64,000 nucleotides of DNA from NCBI GenBank assembly GCA_053919585.1, contig CM132794.1. One strand, written 5' to 3'. Made by a program: the position numbers and the translations under genes. Source of the stretch: Euprymna scolopes (Eukaryota). Positions 1 through 13,341 of the stretch are shown in pieces (position 1 is the first letter of the stretch; each line of letters starts with the position of its first letter). Below the pieces are notes generated by a model, which saw only the letters and a program-made list of their open reading frames with translations, had not been told where the DNA came from and did no database searches.

Positions 1-255
1 TACAGTGAGGTAAATCGACGAACAGGAAGTACCGAAAAATGTAGAAATCTAAGGGAAGCAACTAATAGAAGGGAAGGCTATTTTGCATCTAGGAACATTT
101 ATAGTAAAGTGCGTGATTGCACTGCTTACTGGGTTATTCGGGTCTATTAGCATTGAGAGGGAACATGTGCTACGATTTGGGTCGAGCATATTCCTTTGAA
201 TACATGTACAACAGAGGAATGATTAAAGTAATGTGATACGGGTAAGAGCTTGATT
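1..255 (-). mobile_element. Highly degenerate 3' fragment of a CR1-group LINE ORF2
   Basis: The minus strand translates, with stops and frameshifts, to KLLPVSH..LLYMY..GICSTQIVAHVP..FTINVPRCKIAFPSISCFP. This aligns to the C-terminus of the LINE at 10100-10330 (KLQPLSHRR..LFYKYYNGECS..HTVEIPRCKRSFYSSSFFP). Confidence 0.7.
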
Positions 256-1482
256 CACAATGTGACACCGATTATGTTTAATAAACTTTTTTCAATAATA
301 TAAAAATGAGGGCATTTATTATGAATACGCTAGCCAAGATATGGCAAGAAAAACGCATGCATGCCTAATGTCGACTTCGTAGGCATATAGACTAATGTCA
401 GATGAAACAAGTACTCTTGAACTGTAGAGAAAGCCAACCTTTTTTGTGTGAGCCTCATCAGCACATTCAATTTATTTGTTTAAAACCATGTTGCTTATAT
501 TTGGCAAGATGATTCCGAAGGAAAAACTATTAAGTAACGTATTATTACTCACCGTTATTCGAGGCTGACAATGTGTCTCTAATCGTAAGAGAATACAAGT
601 TTATGAATTGAAAGATAGAAACGGTGTTCCAGCGTTAACAATCTAGCAAAAGAAAAACATGAAAATGCATGAAAACGAGCGTATTTCTATCATTGATCTG
701 GGAACATAGCTTTATTATTCCATTTAAAAAAAAAGTGTGTGTGTATTGGTATGATATAATACGACGTACAATGCAGGTTATCTAATCCTGAAAATGTTAA
801 AGGGCATGTCTTTTGATCTGAGGAGCATATTCCATGAATCGAATAATCAGAAAAAAGGTATCGTAAATCTTCAGATCCATTCTAAATTGTGTTCCCATAG
901 ATTTATGCAAAATTTTAAAAGCTATATTTATTATGAGAGGCTATGATATCCTAGAAAAAAACAACTGTTTGCTTACAAAAAGTGCACACCAANNNNNNNN
1001 NNNNNNNNNNNNNNNNNNNNNNNNNNNNNNNNNNNNNNNNNNNNNNNNNNNNNNNNNNNNNNNNNNNNNNNNNNNNNNNNNNNNNNNNNNNNNNNNNNNN
1101 NNNNNNNNNNNNNNNNNNNNNNNNNNTAAATTTGATGATTTTTATGCATTGATATAAATATTAAGAACCCTTTTTCTATTTATATAAATTGAAAATACAA
1201 CTTGGTTATCTATGGATCGTTGCATGGCATTACTCATCTAAAGACCTAGCTAATTTCCATACTCTTTTAAAAATTCCCTTTAAGTTCCATTCGCTTTTCT
1301 CATTGAATAATCATTTTTAATTAAATATTATGCGTCATTATATACATGCAGATATTGTACATGATTTATACTTGCGTAGTATTTGCGTAAACAGGCTATA
1401 ATAAACACAGAAAAAGTTCGATATACATCCATATAAAAAACTGATCCGTTTGTATATTTCGCTCAGCATACACCTCCACACA

Positions 1483-1510
1483 CCCGGCCAACGCCGGGAA
1501 CCATACTAGT
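1483..1510 (+). mobile_element. Helitron-type 3' terminus (GC hairpin + CTAG|T)
   Basis: Perfect 6-bp hairpin cccggc-caac-gccggg, a 7-nt spacer, then ctag followed by t. The 5' end was not identified. Confidence 0.65.
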
Positions 1511-1511
1511 G

Positions 1512-1514
<3 letters not shown>

Positions 1515-1566
<52 letters not shown>
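1515..1566. repeat. (AT)n microsatellite
   Basis: Uninterrupted AT run. Similar tracts lie at about 17502-17558, 20775-20840, 24353-24425, 41627-41694, 43000-43058, 43564-43612, 45996-46047, 49702-49760, 50114-50178 and 53108-53181. Confidence 0.98.
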
Positions 1567-1568
<2 letters not shown>

Positions 1569-4500
1569 AATTACCTTCAACACACCTTTGTTAAATTTTC
1601 AGTATGCAGACATTAAACTGCATATATATGGTATTCGAACCCAGGCGACATTTATAATTGTGTTTAAGCCGCGGAAAATCGGTGTGAAGGAAATGTGATT
1701 TTTAAAATGAAAGTCGAACCACAGCATTATGAATATGCATATGTAACGTAATAGGTATTGGTTTATGTTATCATTTTTCGCTTGCAGCAAACACCTCTAT
1801 ATAACTCAAACATAAACTTAAACAGAAAATGAAAATCGTGGGGTAAACACCTTGGTGTCGATTCTCGGTGGTGGTGCGCGAGTCATGTTTTTTTAGAACT
1901 ATTTTAATCAGTACTATAGATTGGGTTCAATACAATATAATAATAAATTCGCAATCTGCATCAATCGATATNNNNNNNNNNNNNNNNNNNNNNNNNNNNN
2001 NNNNNNNNNNNNNNNNNNNNNNNNNNNNNNNNNNNNNNNNNNNNNNNNNNNNNNNNNNNNNNNNNNNNNNNNNNNNNNNNNNNNNNNNNNNNNNNNNNNN
2101 ACACACAGGTTCTCAGCATATAACCAAAGTAAAGCAACGTTGGCCTGGCCAGTCCCAGAAGTGGGACTATTTGGGAAAGCTAAACGCTTTATGAGCCTTC
2201 TTAGAAGATTGTACGTTGGCCCAGCACACTCACCTCGATAAAACAAATAAAACTCGCTCCACAATCACCTCGACAGATGTGGATGGCCTATGCCCCTCCA
2301 GGNNNNNNNNNNNNNNNNNNNNNNNNNNNNNNNNNNNNNNNNNNNNNNNNNNNNNNNNNNNNNNNNNNNNNNNNNNNNNNNNNNNNNNNNNNNNNNNNNN
2401 NNNNNNNNNNNNNNNNNNNNNNNNNNNNNNNNGTGTTTTGCGCGGTTGAGATACATATTGTGATAATAACAAAAGCGTTTATAATATTCTGGAATTCTCA
2501 GCGATGTGAAGGAGACACTGTTATCTTAAATTACGTTTGTATTTACTCTGTATATATTCTACAATGAACCGAGGATGTATATACAACTTTATAATGGTTT
2601 TATTTTTTTAATCTCTGATAAATAGACCTATACANNNNNNNNNNNNNNNNNNNNNNNNNNNNNNNNNNNNNNNNNNNNNNNNNNNNNNNNNNNNNNNNNN
2701 NNNNNNNNNNNNNNNNNNNNNNNNNNNNNNNNNNNNNNNNNNNNNNNNNNNNNNNNNNNNNNNNNNNNNNNNNNNNNNNNNNNNNNNNATATATATGCAT
2801 ATATCTATATATATGTATATATATATATATATTTATCTACGTGTATATATATGTGTATATATACGTATATATATATATGTACATACATATATACGTACAT
2901 GTTNNNNNNNNNNNNNNNNNNNNNNNNNNNNNNNNNNNNNNNNNNNNNNNNNNNNNNNNNNNNNNNNNNNNNNNNNNNNNNNNNNNNNNNNNNNNNNNNN
3001 NNNNNNNNNNNNNNNNNNNNNNNNNNNNNNNNNNNNCGGGAAATTTTAAGGTCAGCTTTGGTCATGAATACAAGTCTTGATTGTCATTTTCTGATTGTTG
3101 CCCTGTGAGCGTTCTAAATATAAATTGTTGTTTGACGCTGCAATGACGTGAGCAGATAACATTTTCAGTATATATGCGTATAATATAACATTTGTTTTTG
3201 AAAAAATTGTTAAAATTATTCTTTGTAAAAATAAATCGTTGTTTGACAAATTTCNNNNNNNNNNNNNNNNNNNNNNNNNNNNNNNNNNNNNNNNNNNNNN
3301 NNNNNNNNNNNNNNNNNNNNNNNNNNNNNNNNNNNNNNNNNNNNNNNNNNNNNNNNNNNNNNNNNNNNNNNNNNNNNNNNNNNNNNNNNNNNNNNNNNNN
3401 NNNNNNNNNNNNNNNNNNNNNNNNNNNNNNNNNNNNNNNNNNNNNNNNNNNNNNNNNNNNNNNNNNNNNNNNNNNNNNNNNNNNNNNNNNNNNNNNNNNN
3501 NNNNNNNNNNNNNNNNNNNNNNNNNNNNNNNNNNNNNNNNNNNNNNNNNNNNNNNNNNNNNNNNNNNNNNNNNNNNNNNNCTTTTTTAGTCGTAAAATGC
3601 GGTTAAATATTATGATTAAGTTCATGAATATTTCTTTCTTATTATTAGCAGATCTAGCAGATCGGTTTATTATATTCAAACGTACTTGGTAAGGCAATGA
3701 CTCTCTATTAAAATGAACGTGCGCATTTAGTCTGTTTTGCAATTCTGTAAAATAACGCGGACAGCCATATGCAAATATCGAGCTTTTAACAAAATTATGT
3801 CGCGGTATGGAAAATACAACGAAAACAATGAAAGAACGCGTTTGACAAGAGAATTATGTTAACAATATAGTAGATGTTTTAGAGCCCGGTTGAGGAGGCG
3901 ACCAAGTGAAAGATTCACAACTATGACAAGAAGATTAGCGTGTCAGAGTAAGGAAAAAATTAATGTATTTGTTATAAAAAGGCGAGTTTAAGTTCTTTCC
4001 TATTCTTCGTCACTTAGCAAATCAAAGTACAAGCGATTGGTCACCGGACAACGTTACACTTCAACTAGAGGTATCTTAGGAGGACGCAAAGTATTAAGTG
4101 ACAATCATTTACGCTACCTCTCCTATTAATGAAATATAAGCATTGCGTGTAGTTAGCATTCAAATTTGATTGACATCACTATAGCGGAGAGCAATACAAC
4201 CGACTCTCTTAACTGCTTTACGCGTAAATGGATCAATTCAGAAATCTAAGACTAAGGGATGTTTCTATTAGATTTTAAATATGTATATAGATTCGTCAAA
4301 TTATTTTTGTTGCGTTCAGACGAACAATTTTAGAAGAAATTACCAAAAGGTTTTAGGCAAACCAATTTGAGTATATGAATTTGGAACATAAACGCTTTAT
4401 GTTGAAATTTCCACACATATTTCAGCCCGCCCATGTATACAGTCAATGTGTCAAAGTCAATATATCAAGTCCCCCACTACTTATTCCGTGAACTCTTATT

Positions 4501-4784
4501 GCTGAAAACATAATGTGAACATCAAACAAGAAGTTAATATTCCTATGTACATAGATAAACCTGTGTCAACTTATGTAATGTCGTAATGAAGACATACTAG
4601 GAAACCGTCGAGCTTGCATTTATTTTCTATGCAAGTCGAATTAGTGAGTTTTAAATATATCAGAGATATGTTCACTCATAGATAAAGTAATGGTTCATAG
4701 CATTAAAAAAAAGAATGATGCAGCGTACGTTTCCTTAAATGGAATTATAGATATAGTTATAAAACGTGCATATATTTTAAAAAA

Positions 4785-5541
4785 AGTGGATAGTATATGG
4801 TATTTAAATCAAAGAGATTGGATAGTATATGGTATTTTAATCCCAAAGGGCGGATAATATATGATATTTTAATCAAAAAGAGTGGATAGTATATGGTATT
4901 TAATCAAAAAGAGTGTATAGTATATGGTATTTAATTAAAAAAGTATGGATAGTATATGGTATTTTAATCAAAAAGAGTGGATAGTATATGGTATTTTAAT
5001 CAAAAAGACTGGATAGTATAGGGTATTTAATAAAAAAGTATGGATAGTATATGGTATTTTAATCAAAAAGTATGGATAGTATATGGTATTTTAATCAAAA
5101 AGAGTGGATAGTATATGGTATTTTAATCAAACAGAGTGGATAGTATATGGTATTTTAATCAAAAAGAATGGATAGTATATGGTATTTTAATTAAAAAGAG
5201 TGGATAGTATATGGTATTTTACTCAAAAAGAGTGGATAGTATATGGCATTTTAATTAAAAAAATTGCTAGTATATGGTATTTTACTCAAAAAGAGTGGAT
5301 AGTATATGGTATTTTAATTAAAAAGAGTGGATAGTATATGCTGTTTTAATTAAAAAGCGTGTATAGTATATGGTATTTTACTCAAAAAGAGTGGATAGTA
5401 TATGGTATTTTAATAAAAAATTATGGATAGTATATGCTGTTTTAATTAAAAAGAGTGGATAGTATATGGCATTTTAATCAAAAAGAGTGGATAGTATATG
5501 GTATTTTACTCAAAAAGAGTGGATAGTATATGATACTTTAA
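4785..5541. repeat. 32-bp tandem minisatellite, about 23-24 copies
   Basis: Unit gagtggatagtatatggtattttaatcaaaaa repeated head-to-tail (gtgga at 5104 and 5136) with point variants and no unique spacers. Confidence 0.97.
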
Positions 5542-7344
5542 TACACGCGGGATCTACCAATTGGATAAAAATGTGGAAATGAACAAATATTACCAAGAAA
5601 AGACATTACACATTCCGGCCTCACTTTTTGAAAAAAATATTCGGAAAATTGGCTGTTCTACAAATATAGAATGATTTTAATCTAACAGACTAGTAAACTA
5701 CGTAACAATATTTAATAAAGTTAACATATATCTTTAGTTGTAAGTTTGCAACATGTTGCTATTTTTCATGATTTGATTCATTGGTGTCGTTTGAAATATC
5801 TGCAAGAAAATATAGGCTTGTTTAAAACATTTCTTCGTCAACAGCTCCTGCGTAATTCAGACCCTGTAAATTAACATCGAATCAATTTACTGAAAAAGCC
5901 GATCCCTTGATTCTTAGGTAAGTGTTTTACTATATGGTAACTTATTACAAATAATTTTTCATTTTTATCGGTTATATATTTGACAGAATTGAATTCTGTA
6001 ATAGACATTCTGTGGAACTCACAACATAACACATCCGATTGATGATTTGTCTTAGTTGACTGTAAATTCTTGGACTAAAATCATTGACTAATTTCGTTAT
6101 CATAACTTTGTCCTCAAGGCTTATTTATCTCTATATGCTCACTTACTTTTAACGAGAGTATAGTAATCAACTCCAATGGTTCTTAATCGGGTTCAGATGT
6201 ACTGCAAAGGTTTAAATAACATTTGTATATGTTTAGTTTATTGTAAATTAACCCCTGATTTGTCATTTGTATAACCTTTCTATTCATAAACAATATAATA
6301 AGGCAACTAAAATGAATTAAGAGTACAAAGAATTAACTAAGTAAAATAAATCAGTAAAGGCTAAGTGGACAAAGGTTTTCAATGGCTAAAAACAACCTTA
6401 CCTGGAAAATGTTTGCTTTTTCAAAAAGCCGGGAGTATCAAACGATCTACAACGCTATTTTTAATGCTAAAGATTTGACATAATAAATTTCTAACTTTTG
6501 TTTTTTGAACTCATTCAACGTCTTCAAATTTTAAATGAGACATTTTTATTCTCTATAAATTTGTTTAATCCAAAAGCTTTTATTTTGGGACTGATCATTG
6601 GAAGTTAACATGTTTGGATTTCAAACCCAAAAACAAAAAGAAATAAAAAAGAAAAAAAGAAACTAGCTTTTTCTTGTGGGATGAGTGATTTCGCCCGTGC
6701 CAAGGTCTTAGTATTTCCTATTTGCAAAAAACTATTTTCTATTTTCCGTATATATCTGTAAAAAAAAGGTTTTCTGACCTAAAAATTATTTCGATAGTCT
6801 GCATCATGGAAGTTTTCCCGGATAAACAACGAAGACAGAAAAAAAAGTAGAAATATATATATTTTCGGAAGCATTGAAACCGCATTCCTTCCATTAAAAA
6901 AATTCAGGACAGCAACGTTAATACTCGACTGGATTATGGATACGAAAGGCATTTTCAATTCGTTTTATTGTTCCAAATTCTTCTGGACACAAAATATTCG
7001 TATTTTTTTCTCGAGAGAGGTAATATAAATTCTGAATATGTTTTTGTTCTCTGTAGAAAATTGTACATTGTTTCTTTTTCTGTTAAACTTATGTGTATGT
7101 GATTACGATAAAACAGAATACATAGAAAGAGAAGATGATAGAGAAGAAAAAAGAAAAGAAAGAGAAGCGGGAAATAGAGAAAGAGAAGACGAAAAAAGTC
7201 AATTCAGCGAAAACATACTGAAAATACAAACACATACACAGAAAATATTCGAATTACTAACTAAAATATTAGTTAACAAAAAAACAGCAACAAGTAAGAC
7301 CAGAATTTTTTTTCGAAACAGATATGTGGTCAGCATTAGAAAAA

Positions 7345-8278
7345 AATCACTATCGTCCTGAAAACGAGTGGACATTCAAAGTATTATTTTCGCAGATTTG
7401 GTGATATATTGAGGATTGATTGTAAGTCATGGAGAGAGCAGATGAAGATTCGTCTTTTATTACAACAATTGGAAGCTAAGAACATAACTCCGTGGATTAC
7501 AGTATCCCTAAACAGACGAGCGATTTGACTTTGGACAAGACAGCGTAATCTTAGATGGAATTATTGTTTTAAAAAATCAACTAATTCCATAAAAGATGGA
7601 AACACGTCAGCATGGCACACAAAGAAGGCCAAGATTACATCACATTTTCTCCAGTCGTAAATAAACGACTTTGCTCTATCCTCATTGACGACTGACAACT
7701 TTTCATTCAAGGCTTAGTGGCGTCCAATGACGTTGAACGAAGACGATGCGCACTAAAATGATTGAAAACCCATAATCATAAACATTAAAAATTGTCTAAT
7801 CGAATGCCAAATAATCACCTCCAAGAAGCAAGGCACAAAAAATATTCAAGAGGCAGGTGTAGCACACATTAAGAAGACACGGCGTAACAAAATATCTGAT
7901 TTTCTAAACAGTCAGGCGACGCCAAACATAACCATCTGGAAAATTCCAAAAGAAGACTGACTTACACTGATCGTCATGGCACGGATGTGGAGAACTCCAC
8001 TGTCAGAAGAATTGTCCATACCGTTCCCAAATATGTAATCAGTGCAGACTCAACGGAATTAAAACCTCACATTGCAGAGCAAAAGGACCCACAGGTTCGG
8101 ACTTGTATATCATAAACCACCATACTTGGTGCAAAATCGCAAAATAGAATATGATGAGAAACGAGAAGAGTTGAAGGTGAGGTTTCCACTTACGTAACGT
8201 TGAAAGAAATCCCTGAATCGCAGGATGTTTGTATTACGACATATACTCATAAACTTTTAGGGAAAGATTGGTTTAACT
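7345..8278 (+). mobile_element. Gypsy LTR retrotransposon remnant, gag-protease part (5' segment)
   Basis: Frame-broken translation gives RPENEWTFK..FRRFGDILRIDCKSWREQMKIRLLLQQL, FIQGLVASNDVERRR, TGSDLYIINHHTWCKI and HKLLGKDWFN. These are typical K02A2.6-like Gypsy gag/protease motifs. Confidence 0.75.
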
Positions 8279-10524
8279 GAAGAGCCAGTGCTCAAAACAA
8301 CGAGATACTATAAAAAGGCTGACTGGGAAGCTATCAGAGATCTTATTAGAGACGCCCCATGGGAGAAATATTTTTTCTCTTCCTGCTGAACAGTGTGCAA
8401 CCGAGACCACTGAATGGTTCAAAACTGCAATCGAAGCGCATGTTCCCATGCGGAAATTCTATAGCAAGCCCCACTCTCCCCAATGGTTTACTTCGACTTG
8501 CGCAACTGCCATTGCTCAAAGGCAGCATGCATTCCTCAGGTTTAATCGACATAAGCCCAGTTCAAACAGACAGAAGTGCATAGAAGCTAGAAGTAACGTT
8601 AAGAAAGAAATAGCGACAGCTAAGAGGGAATTTACGGAAACCACGAAAAAACGCATCGAAGCACAAAAACTAGGAACTCGTGACTTCTGGAAAATCTACA
8701 ACAGTGTAGTAAATAATGGGCAATCAACAATTCCCCCACTAACCAACAATCACGAGGTTCTTTGCTCAGCAACCGAGAAGGCTAACATGCTTGCCAGTCG
8801 GTTTGTCTCAAACTCCACACTGGACCCTCTAAACCACCCCCTACCTCAATTTCCTATGCGGACAGACGCCACACTAGACGACCTGAAAATCACCCCTGCT
8901 CAGGTGCATGCTATCATAAAAAACCTTGACACTTCCAAAGCATGTGGACCCGACCTCATCCCAGCTGTGCTATTAAAAAAGTGCTCGGCCGAAGTAACTC
9001 CAGTTCTCTCCAAACTCTGCAACAAATGCCTTAATGAATCTTGCTTTCCGAGCTGTTGGAAAACTGCTTCTGTAGTACCAGTATTCAAGAATTCTAGCGA
9101 AAGAACTGACCCATTAAATTATCGCCCTATTAGCCTCCTCCCACTTTTTGCCAAAATATTTGAGACCTTAATTAACCATGCTCTAGTCCAGCACCTTACA
9201 GATGCTAAACTTCTGACCGACCGTCAATATGGATTTAGACAAGCCCGTTCCACGGCAGACATCCTCACTGTAATCTCTGAACGCATATACCATTCACTGG
9301 ACAAAGCGGGAGAGGGAAGAGAGGTAGCTCTAGATATATCTAAGGCTTTTGACAGGGTATGGCATGAGGGTCTCCTCAGGAAGATTAGATCTTACGGTAT
9401 CACTGGTAGAATACTTAACATAATTAAATCCTTCTTAGATAAGAGAAAAATCCAGGTTGCCCTCGACGGTCGTACATCTAAACAATATGATATAAATGCG
9501 GGAGTGCCCCAAGGATCTATCCTGGGACCTCTGCTGTTCCTGATATTCATAAATGACCTCCCCGACAAGATTACCTCTGAGATGGGGATATATGCTGATG
9601 ACACCACACTCTATAGCAGGCACGACAGGAAAACAAACGAACATATATCTAAAGTAATGGCAGAACGACTAGAGGATGACCTCCAATCAGTAGTGGAATG
9701 GGGACAAAAATGGATGGTCACGTTCAATGCCACCAAGACAAAACTGGTTTCATTCAATAATTACAAGAAACCTTCTCTACCACCTATAGCAATGACCAAC
9801 GACTCTTTATCTGAGAGTACGTCTTTCAAGCTCCTTGGCCTAACGTTCACTGGAAACATGAGTTGGAACAGTTACATCGAGGGCATTGCCAGGGCCGCTG
9901 CAAGGAAGGTGGGCTCTCTCTACCGTGCTAGAACACTTTTAACAACCGAAAGTATCCTGTACCTCTATAAGGACACTATTCGCCCATATATGGAGTATTG
10001 CTGTCATATTTGGGCCGGTGCATCGGCTACTAGTCTCTCGCTCCTTGACAGGGTTCAAAAGAGGGTCGCAAATCTGATAGGCCCTAAACTGGCATAAAAA
10101 CTTCAGCCTCTGTCCCATCGTCGAAACGTTGCATCCCTCTGCCTGTTCTACAAGTATTATAATGGTGAATGCTCTGCAGAACTCCAAGCACTTGTGCCCC
10201 TACGACGTGAACACCCTCGACAGACCCGACAAGCTGCAAAATCCCACCCCCACACTGTAGAGATCCCTAGATGTAAAAGATCCTTCTACTCCAGTAGTTT
10301 CTTCCCCAGAACTGCTAGACTTTGGAATTCTATTCCGGGTCACTGCTTCGCCAACTGTACTGACATGCATAAGTTCAAGTGCAACGTGAACCAACATCTC
10401 GCTGCCCTAATCCCTACATAGTACCCCAGTAGATGTTTCCCCTGATAGTAGCCCCCTACACCAAAGTGGCAATGTGCCTTGTTTGGGGTGAAAATGTAAT
10501 AAAAAAAAAATAAAATAAAAAATA
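8279..10524 (+). mobile_element. 5'-truncated CR1-group non-LTR retrotransposon (LINE), young copy 1
   Basis: Long RT ORF, 3' UTR ending gtttggggtgaaaatgtaataaaaaaaaa, higher GC than the flanks, and near-identity to 30352-31168. Confidence 0.95.
8448..10097 (+). pseudogene. LINE ORF2 reverse transcriptase (549-aa open stretch, no endonuclease, premature stop)
   Basis: RT motifs NYRPISLL, QYGFR, LDISKAFDRV, GVPQGSILGP and YADD (9591-9602). TAA at 10095-10097 is TCA in copy 2, and the frame continues to 10421. A frameshift lies upstream near 8370. Confidence 0.93.
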
Positions 10525-13341
10525 ATTTTGAGCCGTTAGCAGTTTTTGCCAAAAAATACAATCTTACGGTCAAAGCTGAAAAACTAAAAAAAAAAAAAAA
10601 CCTAAATGAGTCGTTCCCGAATGCTTTTTCGGACAATGTTTAGAAAAAAGTCAGAAGACATTGCCAACCAAGTCTTCCAAAAGAAACGCAGCGTAACTTT
10701 AGCTTGTATATAAAAGAATGACATAGAAAGGTGGCCACTGGTATCGGCAGTAATTTTGACCCGAGTCGATTATAGTGAGTGTGTTACCCCACCGTGTATA
10801 TAAAAGAAAATAATTGAAGAATATCAAAGTCTGCACAAACTGCTGGACGGGAGAGTATTCAGAACTTCTTGTTCATAATTACCCGCTACTCAGCAACAAA
10901 CAGACCTCGTCCCAGCGCACCTACAGATTTCCCGTGGAGAATGGAAGCTCCGAACTTTTGGGCATTACCACTTAAAAAAGACTATTTAAGTACAATAGGT
11001 CAGCTTTCGGGATCAAAATCGCACCAGCCATCTTTCACAGATAAATGACACGATGTTTAGAGGTCCTGATTTTTTTCATCGGATACATAAACGATATTCT
11101 AATGAAAATCAAATCTATGCAGCAACATAGAAAACACGTTTTTCAGGTGTGCAAAATAATAAACGATTACGGCTTTAAAGTTAAAAACACAACATGCGAA
11201 TTTTTTTCGATCAAATGAAATAACTAGGGGAGATATAAGATGGGAATTGTAGACGTCCCGATCTAAAAGGTCCATAGCAATGAACATTTTCCTGATCCAC
11301 ACGATATAACAACACTGCAAAGTTTTTAGGCTGAACTAATTATTATAAAGTCTTCAGTCTTTATATGCACACAACTGGAACTGGACCACCGACTGCAAGA
11401 TGGCATTCGAAAAGCTAAACGACGGGCACACGTCGGAACTAGTCCTGGCCCATGACTACCCAGATTTAGACATTATCGCCTAATGTGACGCGAGCGCATA
11501 TAGAATGGGAACGTGTATCCAGTATAAAATGCGCGACGCTTCTACGAAACGGATAGCACACGCGACGAGAACCCTACTTCTTGCGTAGATAAATTATTCC
11601 CAGATAGAGTAATCATTCGTAAGCATCATCTTAGCGATAACAAAATTTCACAGATTTCTCCGTACAGCATGTCAAACTTAAACCGAACCACCATTCGCTA
11701 ATTTCTATATTTGACTCGAAGGAAGGATTGCCTCCACACAAGGCAAACACTCTCCATATATTGAAAACGATGCTACTAAATTACGACTTTGATATGGAGT
11801 ATCTTCCGTCAAAGGAGTTAGACGGGCTGTCCTGGTAAATACCAATAATGTATAACCATTTGATTTGGTGATCTCCTTACTACGATAAGAGAGTTATTAC
11901 AATTTCATCCTATGCAACATTATGAAATACCTTTCCGTTACACTGGATGATATAATTAAACAAGCCGAAAGCGACGATTTTATAAGAGAAACCAAGGAAA
12001 CAACTGCAGACTGATGAACAAGTAACTGAGGATTTCTGGACATGCGAACAGGAATATTATACCGGGAGGGCGTAGTTCTTCCAGCGCCCTCCAGAAGAAA
12101 ATCTTAAAGGATTTTAAGACAGGACCCACTGGTGCCACCAGAATTAAAAAAAAAAGTTTCTTGCGTTTATACGTGTATTGAAAAAAAAACATGGACAAGG
12201 ATATTGAAGAAAAATTGAAAGCATGCAGAGACTGTGCCCTACTTGCTAAAATGGCAATAATTCAATTTAGTCTATGGCCTAAAGCTAACTATCCATGGTC
12301 ACAGGAACACCTGGACTGCGAGGAAAATCTTGATGGAGAATACTACCTCAGTGCGGTGGAGAGCTTCTATAAGTGTATTTAATCTTCAGGTGTAAACTCC
12401 CAACTACGGACTTCACTACAAATAATCTTCATGGGATATTCGTACGTTTCAGAGTGGTCGACAGTTTAGCGTCAGTTAACTGCACCCAGTTTACATACGG
12501 TGACATTAAGGAGTTTATGGAGGACTTCCAATTAGACCAAATTACAATACTAACTTATTAGCCTAGGCCAAACGGACAGGTCTAAAGATTTGTGAACATC
12601 TTGAAAAGTGCTTTGGAGAAAGAAAATGATACCCCATCCGAATAAGCGCTGAAATTATTTCTTGATGTGAACCGCATAACGCCTAACGAAAATATTCCAT
12701 CCCAGATGTCTCCGCTGGAAGTGACGTTCACTCGAAAAATACGACCAATATTTGACAAACTAATTCTGAAACAGGTAAAATTCTTAAGGACAACTGTTCT
12801 CCAGAAAATTATATTTCGGCAGGAAAATATTCGTCCAGTTGCACAAATATAATATTTTCTGGAAGCAGGGAACAATCAAGAACAGGATCGGCCGTATTGT
12901 CTAAATGGTTGAAAGACGAGACTCCACCCATGAGAAACACTTGAAACAGATACGCGATTGCACTTCAACGAGTTAAGTGAATCTCCGCGAGAAGACACGT
13001 TGGACATATTGTATGACGCTTTTGACTCAACACCCTCTAAAACTAATACCAAAATACGTCGTCCCGGTAGAAAACCAGAAATGTGGCGAACCACATAGAG
13101 GACAACTCGAGAAAGAAAAAAAATATTTCGAGGGAATCATTCTTAGACAAGGGGGTTCATGGGGTAATTACCATCCCATATCTCTGATAGTATGGATTTG
13201 TCTGACACTATGTAAGCCAGACATTGCCTCCCTTGAGCTGAGAGCACAGGTGTGGTATAACCGCTCGCAGTACACAGCACTATTATTTCCCCTTAATATT
13301 GCAACGCCATAAATAAACGCCAACAAATATCTTTTTTTACA
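10525..13341 (+). mobile_element. Gypsy LTR retrotransposon remnant: RT, RNase H, integrase and probable 3' LTR (3' segment)
   Basis: Degenerate motifs LFKYNRSAFGIKIAPAIF and GYINDIL (RT), CDASAYRMG..IAHATRTL..NYSQIE (RNase H), MDKDIEEKLKACRDC and PRPNGQV*RFV (integrase), in RT-RH-IN order. A purine tract aaggggg lies near 13149 and an aataaa near 13312. No 5' LTR seen. Confidence 0.88.

Noticed and set aside
420-463. CTGATGA on the minus strand (gtgctgatgaggctc..)
   Set aside because: No GAAA box follows a plausible stem II, so a hammerhead cannot be completed. The same holds for the hits near 12011, 42360 and 48190, and the hit near 60430 has GAAA but no pairing stem II.
4785-5541. CRISPR-like array (32-bp periodicity)
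   Set aside because: The units are contiguous with no unique spacers, there are no cas genes, and the context is eukaryotic.
5861-5925. Possible small exon ending in a strong donor AG|GTAAGT
   Set aside because: The acceptor is weak, the open frame is only about 19 codons and no partner exons were found. RNA-seq would be needed.
7038-7361. 107-aa ORF with an apparent signal peptide and charged tract
   Set aside because: It derives from T-rich and GA-rich low-complexity sequence in the Gypsy leader region.
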